Source of the DNA: Flavobacteriales bacterium | Lineage (GTDB): Bacteria; Bacteroidota; Bacteroidia; DT-38 | NCBI GenBank assembly: GCA_013214975.1 | Contig: JABSPR010000004.1 | Location: forward strand, 1-48,722 | Reading direction: 5' to 3' | DNA: 48,722 nt | Shown: positions 1-9,393 of the stretch, one piece after another | Layout: the number at the start of each line of letters is the position of its first letter | How positions within the stretch are numbered: the first letter of the stretch is position 1 | The notes under the pieces: generated by a model | The model's database searches: none | What the model was told of the DNA's origin: nothing | The model's input: the letters and a program-made list of their open reading frames with translations, nothing else | Made by a program: the position numbers and the translations under genes

Positions 1-629
1 TCAGATGTAGCCATTATCTGGTAATCGTCCATCGGGCTTTCGCTTCCATGTAGATATGCACCTTTTGAATCACTTACCATATGAATTCCACTAATTGGAG
101 GTAAATTAACATAACTGATTAGCGCAATTGTTCCGATGTAGCCAGTTATTACTGTGGTAGACAATTGTGATTCCCAAGTCACACCACCATCTTCAGTTCT
201 GTAAATATTATTGCCCGATGAAACATAATATATATCGTCATCTACAGCACTAACATCGCCATTATCGTGAGAATATATTAGCTCCCAAGATGAGCCACCA
301 TCCATGGATTTATATAAACTTGATGCATCCAAAACAAGAAGTTTACTCTCTGATATAAATTCTATTTTTTTAATTCTCTGGGTAGATCCTAACTCAACAT
401 CTGCCCAACTTGTTCCTCCATCAATAGATTTAAACAAGATCCCCTCTGAAGTACCCAAGTATCCAACTTGTGAGCTATAAAAGTTAATCGCACTTAAATC
501 TGTCGAATCTGCCGGAGATTCTAGGACTGTATGATTAACTGAATATACGATCTCAACTACCCTCTTTTCACAAGAGTAAATTGCAACCAGGACTATAGTT
601 AGAAGGAAATATTTTGAAAATAATCTCAA
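1..629 (-). CDS. BNR/Asp-box (Ycf48/sortilin-like beta-propeller) repeat lipoprotein; 3' end cut by window edge
   Basis: Not in the ORF track because it runs off the window. Hand translation of the minus strand is open from TTG at 629..627 down to position 3. An in-frame stop lies upstream at 717..719 with no ATG between, so TTG is the only start. The N-terminus MRLFSKYFLLTIVLVAIYSCEK is a lipoprotein signal. Three Asp-box motifs are present: SIDGGTSW, SMDGGSSW, TEDGGVTW. Confidence 0.6.
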   Translation of the reverse strand, partial: MRLFSKYFLLTIVLVAIYSCEKRVVEIVYSVNHTVLESPADSTDLSAINFYSSQVGYLGTSEGILFKSIDGGTSWADVELGSTQRIKKIEFISESKLLVLDASSLYKSMDGGSSWELIYSHDNGDVSAVDDDIYYVSSGNNIYRTEDGGVTWESQLSTTVITGYIGTIALISYVNLPPISGIHMVSDSKGAYLHGSESPMDDYQIMATS

Positions 630-649
630 ATTCGTTGGTCTATTGAATA

Positions 650-657
650 CAAATATA
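650..657 (-). promoter_or_regulatory. Candidate -7 box TATATTTG (minus strand)
   Basis: Exact TAnnTTTG, 21 nt upstream of the TTG start at 629. Confidence 0.35.
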
Positions 658-757
658 TAGTGTTTTAAACAATTGTAAGTTACTAATTCCCCATCTCTTA
701 TATCTAAAACGTCTATCTATTATCCTATTTTAACACTTCTTAACCAAACAAGATTAA

Positions 758-1240
758 ATGCCTACTCTTTCAAACTATACAAAAGCAATAACCTTTGGTA
801 CCGAATACCTATTAAAATTAGTTGATGGTTTTGATGAAGAAGACTGGTTTTACAGTCATGAAGAAAGCAACAACGCACATTGGAATCTTGGCCACATTGT
901 AGAAGAACGAACGTTGTTTCTGCAATCTATCGGTGTAGATGTATCCCCAAATAGCTGGGAAAGCATGTTTACGTTTGGTGAAGAACCCAATGAAGAACAA
1001 AGTTCTGTTTCGGCAGAAGAACTAATAGAAGCTTTACGTCAACGAGAAAAGGAATTAGTTAAAGCATTACCCTATGTTAAGGCGAATATGAATCTGCCAT
1101 TGGCAGATGAAGAATGGCCTATTTGGGATGAGTTTAAAACCGCCGAAGATTACATGAATTTCAACCTATTTCATGAAGGTTATCACATTGGGCAGATTGG
1201 TATTGTTCGTAAGATGCGAGGAAAAGGAAGGTTGATGTAG
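758..1240 (+). CDS. DinB-family (DinB_2-like) helical-bundle protein
   Basis: 160-aa ORF. The His-containing helices HWNLGHIVEE and HEGYHIGQI fit the DinB superfamily His-triad pattern. Confidence 0.6.
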   Translation: MPTLSNYTKAITFGTEYLLKLVDGFDEEDWFYSHEESNNAHWNLGHIVEERTLFLQSIGVDVSPNSWESMFTFGEEPNEEQSSVSAEELIEALRQREKELVKALPYVKANMNLPLADEEWPIWDEFKTAEDYMNFNLFHEGYHIGQIGIVRKMRGKGRLM

Positions 1241-1242
1241 GT

Positions 1243-1707
1243 CTAACTCAACTGCTCTATATCAATCAAATCTACCTCTCTTCCTAATTTCTTTTTATAG
1301 GCAATTAATTGCTGTTTGGGAATTAAAGGAACCGAAATTCCTAAAACTTCGACCAATTCCGAATCTTCAAAATTTATAATCTCTTGTTCCCACTGGTTTG
1401 TTTCTGGGTTTCGAAAAACCGTGTTGCCAGCATTTACAATCTCTATCAATTGTCCTTCATAAGAGAATTCTACTATCTCGCATTCCATGATATCGTCTTT
1501 ATATATCATTGGTCCTTGAGTTATATGCTCCTTTACCAGATCGCATAATTTCCTGAAACTTACAGAAGGAACTTCTATGTCGATGTCGGCCAATTCTCGT
1601 CGCGCCCCATAGGCTCGTGCTGCAAAACCACCCAATATCTGAAATGGAATTTCATTAGTGGTAAGCAATTTAACTATCCAGTGCAATGCTTTTTTCGTGT
1701 CCTTCAT
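1243..1707 (-). CDS. Small nucleotidyltransferase-fold protein (aminoglycoside/lincosamide NTase-like)
   Basis: 154-aa ORF. ILGGFAARAYGARRELADIDIEV matches the pol-beta NTase G-G ... D-x-D signature. Substrate is unknown. Confidence 0.55.
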   Translation of the reverse strand: MKDTKKALHWIVKLLTTNEIPFQILGGFAARAYGARRELADIDIEVPSVSFRKLCDLVKEHITQGPMIYKDDIMECEIVEFSYEGQLIEIVNAGNTVFRNPETNQWEQEIINFEDSELVEVLGISVPLIPKQQLIAYKKKLGREVDLIDIEQLS

Positions 1708-1716
1708 TCCAGGGTT

Positions 1717-4149
1717 TTATTCTCCTACTTCAATCTCTGGCGTAATCTCTTTGGGTTCCTTATCGCTATCTACCTTTAACAAGTCTGAGCCAGTGCTTAC
1801 TACTTGAAAGGTGGTTCGTCTATTCTCGGCATGCTGTTCATCTGTACAATCTGATTTAACTTTTCCCTCGCATCCGCAATCGTTCACCAATTCAGATTCT
1901 CCATATCCTATTCCCGTTATCCTATCGGGATCAGTAATTTTCCCGCTTATATAGTTTGCCGATGCCTTAGCTCTTTTATCCGATAACTTCATGTTATACT
2001 TTTCACTACCTCTACAATCTGTATGAGAGCCTAGCTCTACCACCATCTCTTTATAATCGGTCATAATCTTTACGATTTTATCTAACTCGATTGCCGCATC
2101 TTGCCTGATATCCGATTTGTTAACATCAAAACCAATCGCATTAATTTGAACTAAATCCGATAAGTTTTTAACCTCAACATCCATAGAGAAATCCAATAAA
2201 TCGGAAAATTTCGTTTTGCCATCTATCTTATAAACGACCTCTACATTTAAGGACTTTGTAAAATAGCCTTCCTTGGAAAGTTCAACAGAATACATAGCCT
2301 TTTCATCTTTCTTCTTATCACCTATTGATTTCACAAACTCGCCAGTATCTATAGTAATAAACGTAAATGCTTCACCTGTAGATTGATCTACAATTTGTAC
2401 ACGAACCCCACCTAGGCCATCTTTCGTTTTTGAATCGGTTACCAAACCATACCACGATAAGTTGCTGAAAATTTCATCTTCTTCATATTCTGGAATTATT
2501 TCGGGCTCCGGTTCTGGAATTACAATTGGCTCTGGAATAGGTTCTGGTTCCGGTTCTGTAGCGGCTATATACTCGAGCTTAATGTTCTTCATGATTTCTT
2601 GAAAACCACCAGTGTTCTTAAACTCAAACGTATCTATATACGTCTTATGATTCAACGCTTTTACAACCAGTTTATATCTGGGACCTGGGTTTAATAACAT
2701 CACATATTTTCCAGTAATACCATTTGGTGTGTACTTTCCAATTAGTTCTCCCGATGCCTCGTCAACTATACTTAGAATAGGTTTTTCTGATCTAAATGGC
2801 TTTTCACCTTGCTTTGTAGAAGTTACCTCTCCACCTATCAACACCCCATTAATCTCTTCGCCATTCATATATATAACATATATATCTGACGCCCCAAATC
2901 CATCTTCTCGAATCGTTGAATAATAGCCTCGCCTCCCATCTGTAGACAATACAAAAAACAGGTCGTCCTGTACTGTGTTAATTGGGTACCCCAAGTTTTT
3001 AGGCTTAGACCAAGTTGTGTCTATCAAATTCGATTGAAAAATATCATGCCCTCCCATGTTCTCATGACCTGTAGAACTAAAAAACAGCTTCGATCCATCG
3101 GGATGGATAAAAGGGGACTCCTCATCACCAGATGTATTTATTGTTGGTCCTAAATTCGTTGCCAAACCCCAAGTGCCATTTGGAAGCAATTGAGTCTTAT
3201 AAAGATCCATTCCTCCTTCACCTCCTATTCGATCGCTACAGAAATAAATAATTCTACCGTTTTCCGTTATTGTTGCGCCCGATTCTATGCCAGCAGATTT
3301 TATATCATTCCTATAAATTAATGGGCCTCCCCAGCCATTTCTATTTTGCCTAGCATAATAAAGGTCTCCTGATCCGTAATCGTTCGATTTATAAATAAAC
3401 ATTAACTGCCCATCGGGAGATATTCCAACTGCAGACTCATGTTTCGCAGAATTAATAAGGTGACCTAAATTTCTAGGTTTAGTCCATTCTCCATTCTCTT
3501 TTACCGATGAGTAAATATCCTCGAAATATAAACCGTCTAATCTATTCTCTGGACCTCTATTTGAAGGTCTTCTTGTCGTAAATAGCAGCATATTCTCATC
3601 CATAGAGAGCACTGGGCCATAGTCTGGGAACATGGTATTAACTTCTCCGCCTAAATTCTCAATCTTTACATTAACAGGGTTAGCTACAGCCGAGATAGCA
3701 TATTTAGTTATGGCAATCTTGTGTTCTATTTCTTCAGTACTAAAATCTTTCACCCCTAACTCTGGATTCATCTCAAAATTCAAATATTCATTATAGCATT
3801 TAAGAGCATTGTCGAAATCCATGGTGGCATGATAAGCCAAGCCCAAATAAAAGAGAGCTTCTATATGACCTCCCTTCGTCGCGAATTGCAAGAATGGAAT
3901 ACAAATCTCTTTATCATTTTCTATAAGATACTTACAAACTCCTATTCTTAAATTAAGTTCTACTATAGAACTATCTAAAGAATAAGCTATCATATAAAAC
4001 TTAAGAGCTCTTCTAAAATCGAGTTTATAATATGCCTTTTCTCCAGAAACTAAAGCTGGTCTTAAATCCACTTCCGAATATTGGGCATGGCTCACCTGAA
4101 TCGTCAGAGCAAATGATAAAAGAAGGATAATAAAGTGCCTAAGCGTCAT
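1717..4149 (-). CDS. OmpA-family protein with N-terminal TPR, TolB-like PD40 beta-propeller repeats and a C-terminal OmpA peptidoglycan-binding domain
   Basis: 810 aa with signal peptide ...VSHA|Q. Repeated SPDG/HPDG...F.S.R propeller motifs. The C-terminus ELGSHTDCRGSEKYNMKLSDKRAKASANYI is a classic OmpA_C signature. Confidence 0.85.
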   Translation of the reverse strand: MTLRHFIILLLSFALTIQVSHAQYSEVDLRPALVSGEKAYYKLDFRRALKFYMIAYSLDSSIVELNLRIGVCKYLIENDKEICIPFLQFATKGGHIEALFYLGLAYHATMDFDNALKCYNEYLNFEMNPELGVKDFSTEEIEHKIAITKYAISAVANPVNVKIENLGGEVNTMFPDYGPVLSMDENMLLFTTRRPSNRGPENRLDGLYFEDIYSSVKENGEWTKPRNLGHLINSAKHESAVGISPDGQLMFIYKSNDYGSGDLYYARQNRNGWGGPLIYRNDIKSAGIESGATITENGRIIYFCSDRIGGEGGMDLYKTQLLPNGTWGLATNLGPTINTSGDEESPFIHPDGSKLFFSSTGHENMGGHDIFQSNLIDTTWSKPKNLGYPINTVQDDLFFVLSTDGRRGYYSTIREDGFGASDIYVIYMNGEEINGVLIGGEVTSTKQGEKPFRSEKPILSIVDEASGELIGKYTPNGITGKYVMLLNPGPRYKLVVKALNHKTYIDTFEFKNTGGFQEIMKNIKLEYIAATEPEPEPIPEPIVIPEPEPEIIPEYEEDEIFSNLSWYGLVTDSKTKDGLGGVRVQIVDQSTGEAFTFITIDTGEFVKSIGDKKKDEKAMYSVELSKEGYFTKSLNVEVVYKIDGKTKFSDLLDFSMDVEVKNLSDLVQINAIGFDVNKSDIRQDAAIELDKIVKIMTDYKEMVVELGSHTDCRGSEKYNMKLSDKRAKASANYISGKITDPDRITGIGYGESELVNDCGCEGKVKSDCTDEQHAENRRTTFQVVSTGSDLLKVDSDKEPKEITPEIEVGE

Positions 4150-4334
4150 TTAATTACGTCTTTTCCTTTTCTTAAAGATAAATAATTAGATAAATAAACG
4201 TCCAAGGAAGACTCCTAGTAAGAGTCCTCAAATTTTAAATACAGGTTATTTACGAGATCCTAATAAAGAAGTTATTGTCGGACATGGATCTATTACACAC
4301 CTTTCTAGGTACTTAAAAAATATTCTTGAATTTA

Positions 4335-4342
4335 TAATTTTG
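4335..4342 (+). promoter_or_regulatory. Candidate -7 box TAATTTTG
   Basis: Exact TAnnTTTG, 36 nt upstream of the ATG at 4378. No good -33 TTTG at canonical spacing. Confidence 0.35.
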
Positions 4343-4377
4343 TATTTTAGTGTCACAACATTCAAAAAACAAACATC

Positions 4378-5181
4378 ATGAAATCTAAAATTCAATCACT
4401 GACCTCAGTTATTCTAACTTTTAGTATCCTATTTCTGGCAAGTTGTGAAAAAGCAGAAACCTTACCGAATACTCCTCCTAGTCTTCCTACAGAAGGTAGT
4501 TTCGTTTTAAACATGGATAACTTTTCGGATATCACTAAATCCATAGAACCAAAATCAAAAATAGCCACTATAGCAGCGGGATTAACAGTTCTGGTTTGGA
4601 ATACTATCATGAATGTAACTTTAGTTGTTCCGGTAGCAGCTTTCAAAGAAGCGTTTAATCACGAAGGTAAGTGGGACGTAGATAAAGACGGTTATGTTTG
4701 GACATATGATGTAGTGAGTGGATCAAACACTTACGCATGTGAACTGGTTGGATCGGTGGCAGATGCAAGTAGTACTAATTGGGAAATGTATGTTTCAAAG
4801 AGTGATGGGTTTCAAAATGTATTGTGGTATGAAGGTACTGTGGCTAACGATCACTCCAGCGCTTCCTGGAAGATGAATAAAGATGGAGACGACCCAACGG
4901 CATATCTTGAAATCGGCTATTCTAAGACGGATGAGAACAATGCAACATTGAAATATAAGATTGTAGAAAGTACAGATTATGAGAATTCGTATATCGAATA
5001 CACTATATCTGATGATGAAATGTACGATAGAAATTACGATGTGTACTCATCGAAGGAGGATGTATACGTTGATATCGTATGGCATAGTACTGAGAAATAT
5101 GGATCATACACCAACTCCAATTCAAACGAAGGAAACACATTTTGCTGGAATGAATTAGGTGAAGACACTGATTGCGAATAG
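4378..5181 (+). CDS. Hypothetical lipoprotein
   Basis: 267-aa ORF with lipobox-like N-terminus SILFLASCEK. No family recognised. Confidence 0.6.
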   Translation: MKSKIQSLTSVILTFSILFLASCEKAETLPNTPPSLPTEGSFVLNMDNFSDITKSIEPKSKIATIAAGLTVLVWNTIMNVTLVVPVAAFKEAFNHEGKWDVDKDGYVWTYDVVSGSNTYACELVGSVADASSTNWEMYVSKSDGFQNVLWYEGTVANDHSSASWKMNKDGDDPTAYLEIGYSKTDENNATLKYKIVESTDYENSYIEYTISDDEMYDRNYDVYSSKEDVYVDIVWHSTEKYGSYTNSNSNEGNTFCWNELGEDTDCE

Positions 5182-5205
5182 AGCACTCATATAATCATAA
5201 ATATT

Positions 5206-5238
5206 GAAGCCAGAACTTACAATGTAAGTTCGGGCTTC
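5206..5238. terminator. Long imperfect hairpin between the lipoprotein gene and the sORF
   Basis: GAAGCCAGAACTTACA / TGTAAGTTCGGGCTTC gives 15 of 16 possible pairs. The flanks are AT-rich but there is no clean T-tract. Confidence 0.45.
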
Positions 5239-5292
5239 ATCTCAATGCAATGACGTGATTGCATTAATCAGGAAACGCTATTTTCAAATTCT

Positions 5293-5391
5293 CTAGGAGA
5301 GGTACTCTATTAAAGTCGTACTTAAAACAAACAATGTAAAAAAGGCTAGAGCCGTTTTTAATAAGATGTAATCTTTTTTGATTTTTTTCAT
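5293..5391 (-). CDS. Possible unannotated 32-aa small membrane protein (sORF)
   Basis: Hand translation gives MKKIKKDYILLKTALAFFTLFVLSTTLIEYLS*. This is a Lys-rich N-terminus followed by one hydrophobic helix. The sORF lies between two strong hairpins in an otherwise ORF-free 492-nt gap. No exact -7 box was found upstream. Confidence 0.2.
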   Translation of the reverse strand: MKKIKKDYILLKTALAFFTLFVLSTTLIEYLS

Positions 5392-5457
5392 ATCCTCTAA
5401 TTTCATATCACACTTTCAAATAATATGCCAAGAATGGTAAACGATATTTTAGAACAC

Positions 5458-5495
5458 AAAAAAGGTGATTAGTCTTATGATACTAATCACCTTTT
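5458..5495. terminator. Bidirectional Rho-independent terminator (14-bp stem)
   Basis: AAAAGGTGATTAGT (5460..5473) pairs with ACTAATCACCTTTT (5482..5495) around an 8-nt loop. The A-run upstream and T-run downstream supply a U-tract on both strands. It lies about 180 nt downstream of the 5674..9039 minus-strand operon. Confidence 0.6.
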
Positions 5496-5673
5496 AAGTT
5501 CAGGTCAGCTTAGATTCTTTTTAATTCTGCAGAACTTCCGTTGACGTTTTTGGGTTCTTACTATATATATCCATCAAACTTGCCTTTCCCCTAGGAGGAA
5601 TTGCATTTTTATTTCAATAAAAATTGAAATAATATGTATGCAGCTTAATATATGATAGTTACGCCTGAAAAAA

Positions 5674-7101
5674 TTACCAAAATTTTATTTTGGTAGTAGC
5701 ATACATACACATTCGGAGAAGGATAAAACCATGTTTAAACCGTGAAATATTGGTGTCTCCATAGATACGTTCTTGGTATCGTATTGGTAAATCGATCAAT
5801 TTTAGATTTAATTTATAGGCTCCGAATATCAGATCAAAATCACCGAAAGGATCAAAATCCCCAAAGAACTTTTTGTTCTTTATCAGTTTCTCATAATCTG
5901 TTCTAAACATAACTTTGGTTCCACAAAGAGTATCTTTAATCGATGATTCCAACAACCAAGAGAATGCCATACTAAAGAACTTATTACCTAAGATATTCAA
6001 GAAGCGCATGGCGTCCTTCTCCATCGGATACACCAATCGACAACCATTTATGAATTCCCCTTTCCCAAAAGCTAGTGCGTCATAAAATTTCGGAAGTTCT
6101 TCTGGAGGCATAGTTAAATCCGCATCTAATATCATTAAGATATCTCCAGTGGCAGCTCGATATCCTTTTCGTACTGCATCGCCTTTTCCCTTTCCTTCCT
6201 GTTGCATAATTTTTATATCATGCGTATCGGCATATTTAGATTGTATCTCCTTTATCTTTTCCCATGTGTCGTCGGTAGAATTACCCTCAACAAATATGAT
6301 CTCTATATGTTTCCCGAATTGAGGCATTCTTAATATTGCATCCTCAATATTTCCGCTCTCATTTCTAGCGGGAATTACAATCGTTGAGCTATATCTGTTC
6401 TCAAAATCAGCATCGTCAATTATTGGACGTGAAATGATGTAATTATTTAAACAAAGATTATTTAGTAAAGGAAGTCGAGCAAAGAATTTATTAGCAAACC
6501 AGGAGATTACAGGAATATTTATGGGAATCAACACGCCTTTAGCCGATCTGTAAGATTCAAAACCGGTTAGATGCAGCATATTCCGTATATCATTTGGTGT
6601 AAGCCAACTCGATTCTGGTGCCTTCTTCTTCAACCTTAATAATTCACCCAAACGAACTATTGGATACCAAAAATAATTCGGACTTGTGATAAAAATTTTA
6701 GTCCGTGGATGGCATACTCTCTTCACAGAATTCAAAACATCGATTACATTATCGAATATGCTAACTACATTGCTTAGTACAATGACGTCGTACTTATTAT
6801 CCAATTGAATATTTTCTGCATCCATTACATGAAACTCAATATCTGGATGAAGTTCTTTTGCGACATCAATCATATTCTCGCTAAAGTCTATCCCCGTTTT
6901 ATTGATACCCTTTAGAATTGACAGCGTATCTCCTGTACCACATCCTATCTCTAAAACAGAATCGTCTTCATGAATAAAGTAATTATGGTAGTGAGCAATC
7001 ATCGACCAGTAATACCGATACATTACTCTGTATCGCTTAAAGTTTAGAGCAAAATCTTGAAAGTGCTTATAGAAAAGTTTTCCTACTTTATCAGTCATCA
7101 A
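5674..7101 (-). CDS. Bifunctional class I SAM-dependent methyltransferase / family 2 glycosyltransferase (polyprenyl-phosphate sugar synthase-like)
   Basis: 475 aa. The N-terminal half carries motif I VLEIGCGTGD. From about residue 238 the sequence STIVIPARNESGNIEDAI ... MILDADLTMPPEELPKF is a GT2 DxD-type signature. Confidence 0.8.
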   Translation of the reverse strand: MMTDKVGKLFYKHFQDFALNFKRYRVMYRYYWSMIAHYHNYFIHEDDSVLEIGCGTGDTLSILKGINKTGIDFSENMIDVAKELHPDIEFHVMDAENIQLDNKYDVIVLSNVVSIFDNVIDVLNSVKRVCHPRTKIFITSPNYFWYPIVRLGELLRLKKKAPESSWLTPNDIRNMLHLTGFESYRSAKGVLIPINIPVISWFANKFFARLPLLNNLCLNNYIISRPIIDDADFENRYSSTIVIPARNESGNIEDAILRMPQFGKHIEIIFVEGNSTDDTWEKIKEIQSKYADTHDIKIMQQEGKGKGDAVRKGYRAATGDILMILDADLTMPPEELPKFYDALAFGKGEFINGCRLVYPMEKDAMRFLNILGNKFFSMAFSWLLESSIKDTLCGTKVMFRTDYEKLIKNKKFFGDFDPFGDFDLIFGAYKLNLKLIDLPIRYQERIYGDTNISRFKHGFILLRMCMYATTKIKFW

Positions 7102-7846
7102 TCTTATTTACTTCGATAGTTTGAAACATAGCAATCGCAGGGAACAATGGCGATAAGATTCTTTCTAGAAAAGATACCACACCAAAACTCCAACCCGGAA
7201 CAAGAGATTTATAGGATAAACCACCCGTTAATAAATAGCGAAATGGAGTGTGTAATGTTATGCTTCTCAATTTTAAACTTTCGAATTTAGATTGAAAGAT
7301 ATGTAAATCTCTATTAAATATTATCCACGGAAGAGCACCGTTTGCATCTGTCATCGGGCCCATTGAACTAAATTTCCAATCCGCGTTTTCATCGAATAGT
7401 TCATGATGAACATTCTTATAGACCAATCTAGAAAAGATGGTATTCGCTGGTTCTACTAAAACGAGTTTCCCTTTGGGTTTTAATACTCGCTGTACTTCGT
7501 TGAAAAACTGTTCACAATCTGGAATATGATGCAATACATTAACCATAAAAATAGAATCTAATGTGGCGTCTTCAAAAGGCATCTTCTCCGCCATAAAGCA
7601 CATATCTACTTCTTCAATATCCATTATATCGGAAGTAATGATACTAGGCATAATAGTTTTCAAGAAACCTCCTCCTGAACCAATTTCAAGATGCTTGGTA
7701 TCTTCTTCAACAGTTATTCTCTTGATATAATGACTATACCACTCTTCGTGCAATTTTTTCAGAAATGGCTTCGCTAAAATTATTTCGCGATGTACAAGTG
7801 AGGCATCTGGCGAATCGAGATTAAGAATATCTGACTCCTTGAACAT
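7091..7846 (-). CDS. Class I SAM-dependent methyltransferase
   Basis: 251 aa with motif I HLEIGSGGGF and post-I/II-like FEDATLDSIFMVNVLHHI and PKGKLVLVEP. Its stop overlaps the next gene's start by 11 nt. Confidence 0.8.
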   Translation of the reverse strand: MFKESDILNLDSPDASLVHREIILAKPFLKKLHEEWYSHYIKRITVEEDTKHLEIGSGGGFLKTIMPSIITSDIMDIEEVDMCFMAEKMPFEDATLDSIFMVNVLHHIPDCEQFFNEVQRVLKPKGKLVLVEPANTIFSRLVYKNVHHELFDENADWKFSSMGPMTDANGALPWIIFNRDLHIFQSKFESLKLRSITLHTPFRYLLTGGLSYKSLVPGWSFGVVSFLERILSPLFPAIAMFQTIEVNKIDD

Positions 7847-7893
7847 TGTAAATTAATTTTTCAATGGAGTGAAGGAGAAATCAAATCTTCACT

Positions 7894-9039
7894 TTAATAA
7901 TTAGCATAGAATGCCCGAATCTTTCCAGCTAGTTGATCATATATAGGTTTTGTAAACTCTATAAACAGATCCTGTGGCAGTGGCGGGTTAAGTTGCTTTA
8001 AACCAAGTATTTTTTTCTGTTCTTTACTTAGAGCTCTTTCATCTCCATTAAAATATCCCCATTCACAGAACCAATTGTAAGTACCAGGAAACTTTTCCTG
8101 TGTTAGTACTACATCTGTATTAGGATCGATTATTTTAAAATCGAGTAATCCAGTGGAAATAACCGTTTTTTTAGAAGTATGCAAGGTGGCCTTTACTGTT
8201 GCATAAGCTGGATGTACAGTTCCGTTTGGAAGTTTAACTTCAGAAACCACCACACTATCTTTAGAAATTTCCTTCTCTGTTTCCTTTATGTGAGTTTGCC
8301 CAACAATAAAATCATCAAATCTTATTTTAATAAGATGATTTACAACTTCTATTCCCTGAGTTTTTGCCTCTTTAGGTGAATAGAACTTTACAAATTCATT
8401 AACCGGCAATGTGTGTATTAGCTCGCTAATCTTGTTTTCAAAGAATTCATTGCTAATCTCCATAGACTTTGAAACTTTAGGGAGAGGATCTAATACTACT
8501 TTAAGAGTAGCATAAAATTTAGAGTCCGCCATCTTATTAATAACGTCTTTGTATCCAGGTTTAAGGCTATTTGCTTTTTTATAATGTAAATAAGCTTGCT
8601 TTGCTCTATTTCTATCAAGCTTGTTCTCTAATTCTTTTTCGGCCAATGCATATCTCACTTCCGCCGCTTTCTCTACTGCTCCATCATACTCAGCGGTGTA
8701 TCGCACTGCCTGAACAAAGTTCAGGCAAGCAGGACATCTGTTTATCTCATCATACTGGCGATTCATAGCCTTGTACTCTGCCATTACTTTTTCCCATTTA
8801 TACACATCACCAGATGATTTAAATTGGGCTATTCGTCCTTCATGCCATCCTTTAGCAGCTGGATATGCTTGCGACAGAGCGTCAATAGCCTTCTTATTCT
8901 CACCATTCTTTCTAAGTTTCTTCACAGCTTTCAGAACGGCCGCATCATAATTTCCACTTTGATAGGATTTTTGACTACTGTTACATGAAAACAATAGAAA
9001 CAACGCTACAATGGGCAATACAATAATTCTTCTCATCAT
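7894..9039 (-). CDS. Hypothetical lipoprotein (helical N-terminal half, beta-rich C-terminal half)
   Basis: The track ORF starts at 9099. The internal ATG at 9039 gives MMRRIIVLPIVALFLLFSCNSS, a clean lipoprotein signal, so I trimmed the start. Confidence 0.6.
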   Translation of the reverse strand: MMRRIIVLPIVALFLLFSCNSSQKSYQSGNYDAAVLKAVKKLRKNGENKKAIDALSQAYPAAKGWHEGRIAQFKSSGDVYKWEKVMAEYKAMNRQYDEINRCPACLNFVQAVRYTAEYDGAVEKAAEVRYALAEKELENKLDRNRAKQAYLHYKKANSLKPGYKDVINKMADSKFYATLKVVLDPLPKVSKSMEISNEFFENKISELIHTLPVNEFVKFYSPKEAKTQGIEVVNHLIKIRFDDFIVGQTHIKETEKEISKDSVVVSEVKLPNGTVHPAYATVKATLHTSKKTVISTGLLDFKIIDPNTDVVLTQEKFPGTYNWFCEWGYFNGDERALSKEQKKILGLKQLNPPLPQDLFIEFTKPIYDQLAGKIRAFYANY

Positions 9040-9291
9040 TAAATAATTTATCACGGATCGAAGATAGGAAAACAAATTGTGTGCCATATAAATATTCACT
9101 TAATCTATATTACAAATGATTCAATATCTCTCCTAAATAAGGGAATCTTATAATAATTAGATGATTGAAATAAAAAAATCGAACACTTTTAATCTTTGCT
9201 CGTAGAACGATCACAATTGTATTGAATAAAAATCTACATACATATAACAATAATTCATTTCGATTTGAATGGATTTAGAGTAAAGAATTTT

Positions 9292-9299
9292 TACATTTG
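9292..9299 (+). promoter_or_regulatory. Candidate Bacteroidota -7 box TACATTTG
   Basis: Exact match to TAnnTTTG, 95 nt upstream of the ATG at 9394. A TTTG lies 24 nt upstream, which is longer than the usual 19-21 nt spacing. Confidence 0.35.
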
Positions 9300-9393
9300 A
9301 GCAACTAGCATGCATAAAACAAACACAAACTATACACTTTAAAGAGTTACCGCTTTAATTAACAGCAAAGTAACACACTAGAGCATAAGTATA

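Noticed and set aside
758-1707. DinB plus a small nucleotidyltransferase as a possible MNT/HEPN-type or resistance/defence pair
   Set aside because: The genes are convergent, so they are not an operon. No HEPN partner is present, and the NTase is larger than minimal MNTs. There is no flanking mobile or defence context.
2474-2558. Nucleotide repeat encoding EPEPEPIPEPIVIPEPEPEIIPEYEEDE, plus a similar IPEPEE stretch at about 24930 in the MORN protein
   Set aside because: These are low-complexity Pro/Glu interdomain linkers inside intact ORFs. They are not a CRISPR, tandem-repeat locus or mobile-element remnant.
9040-9099. N-terminal 20-aa extension of the lipoprotein ORF (MNIYMAHNLF...)
   Set aside because: The downstream ATG at 9039 yields a canonical lipoprotein signal peptide, and the extension has no signal-like features.
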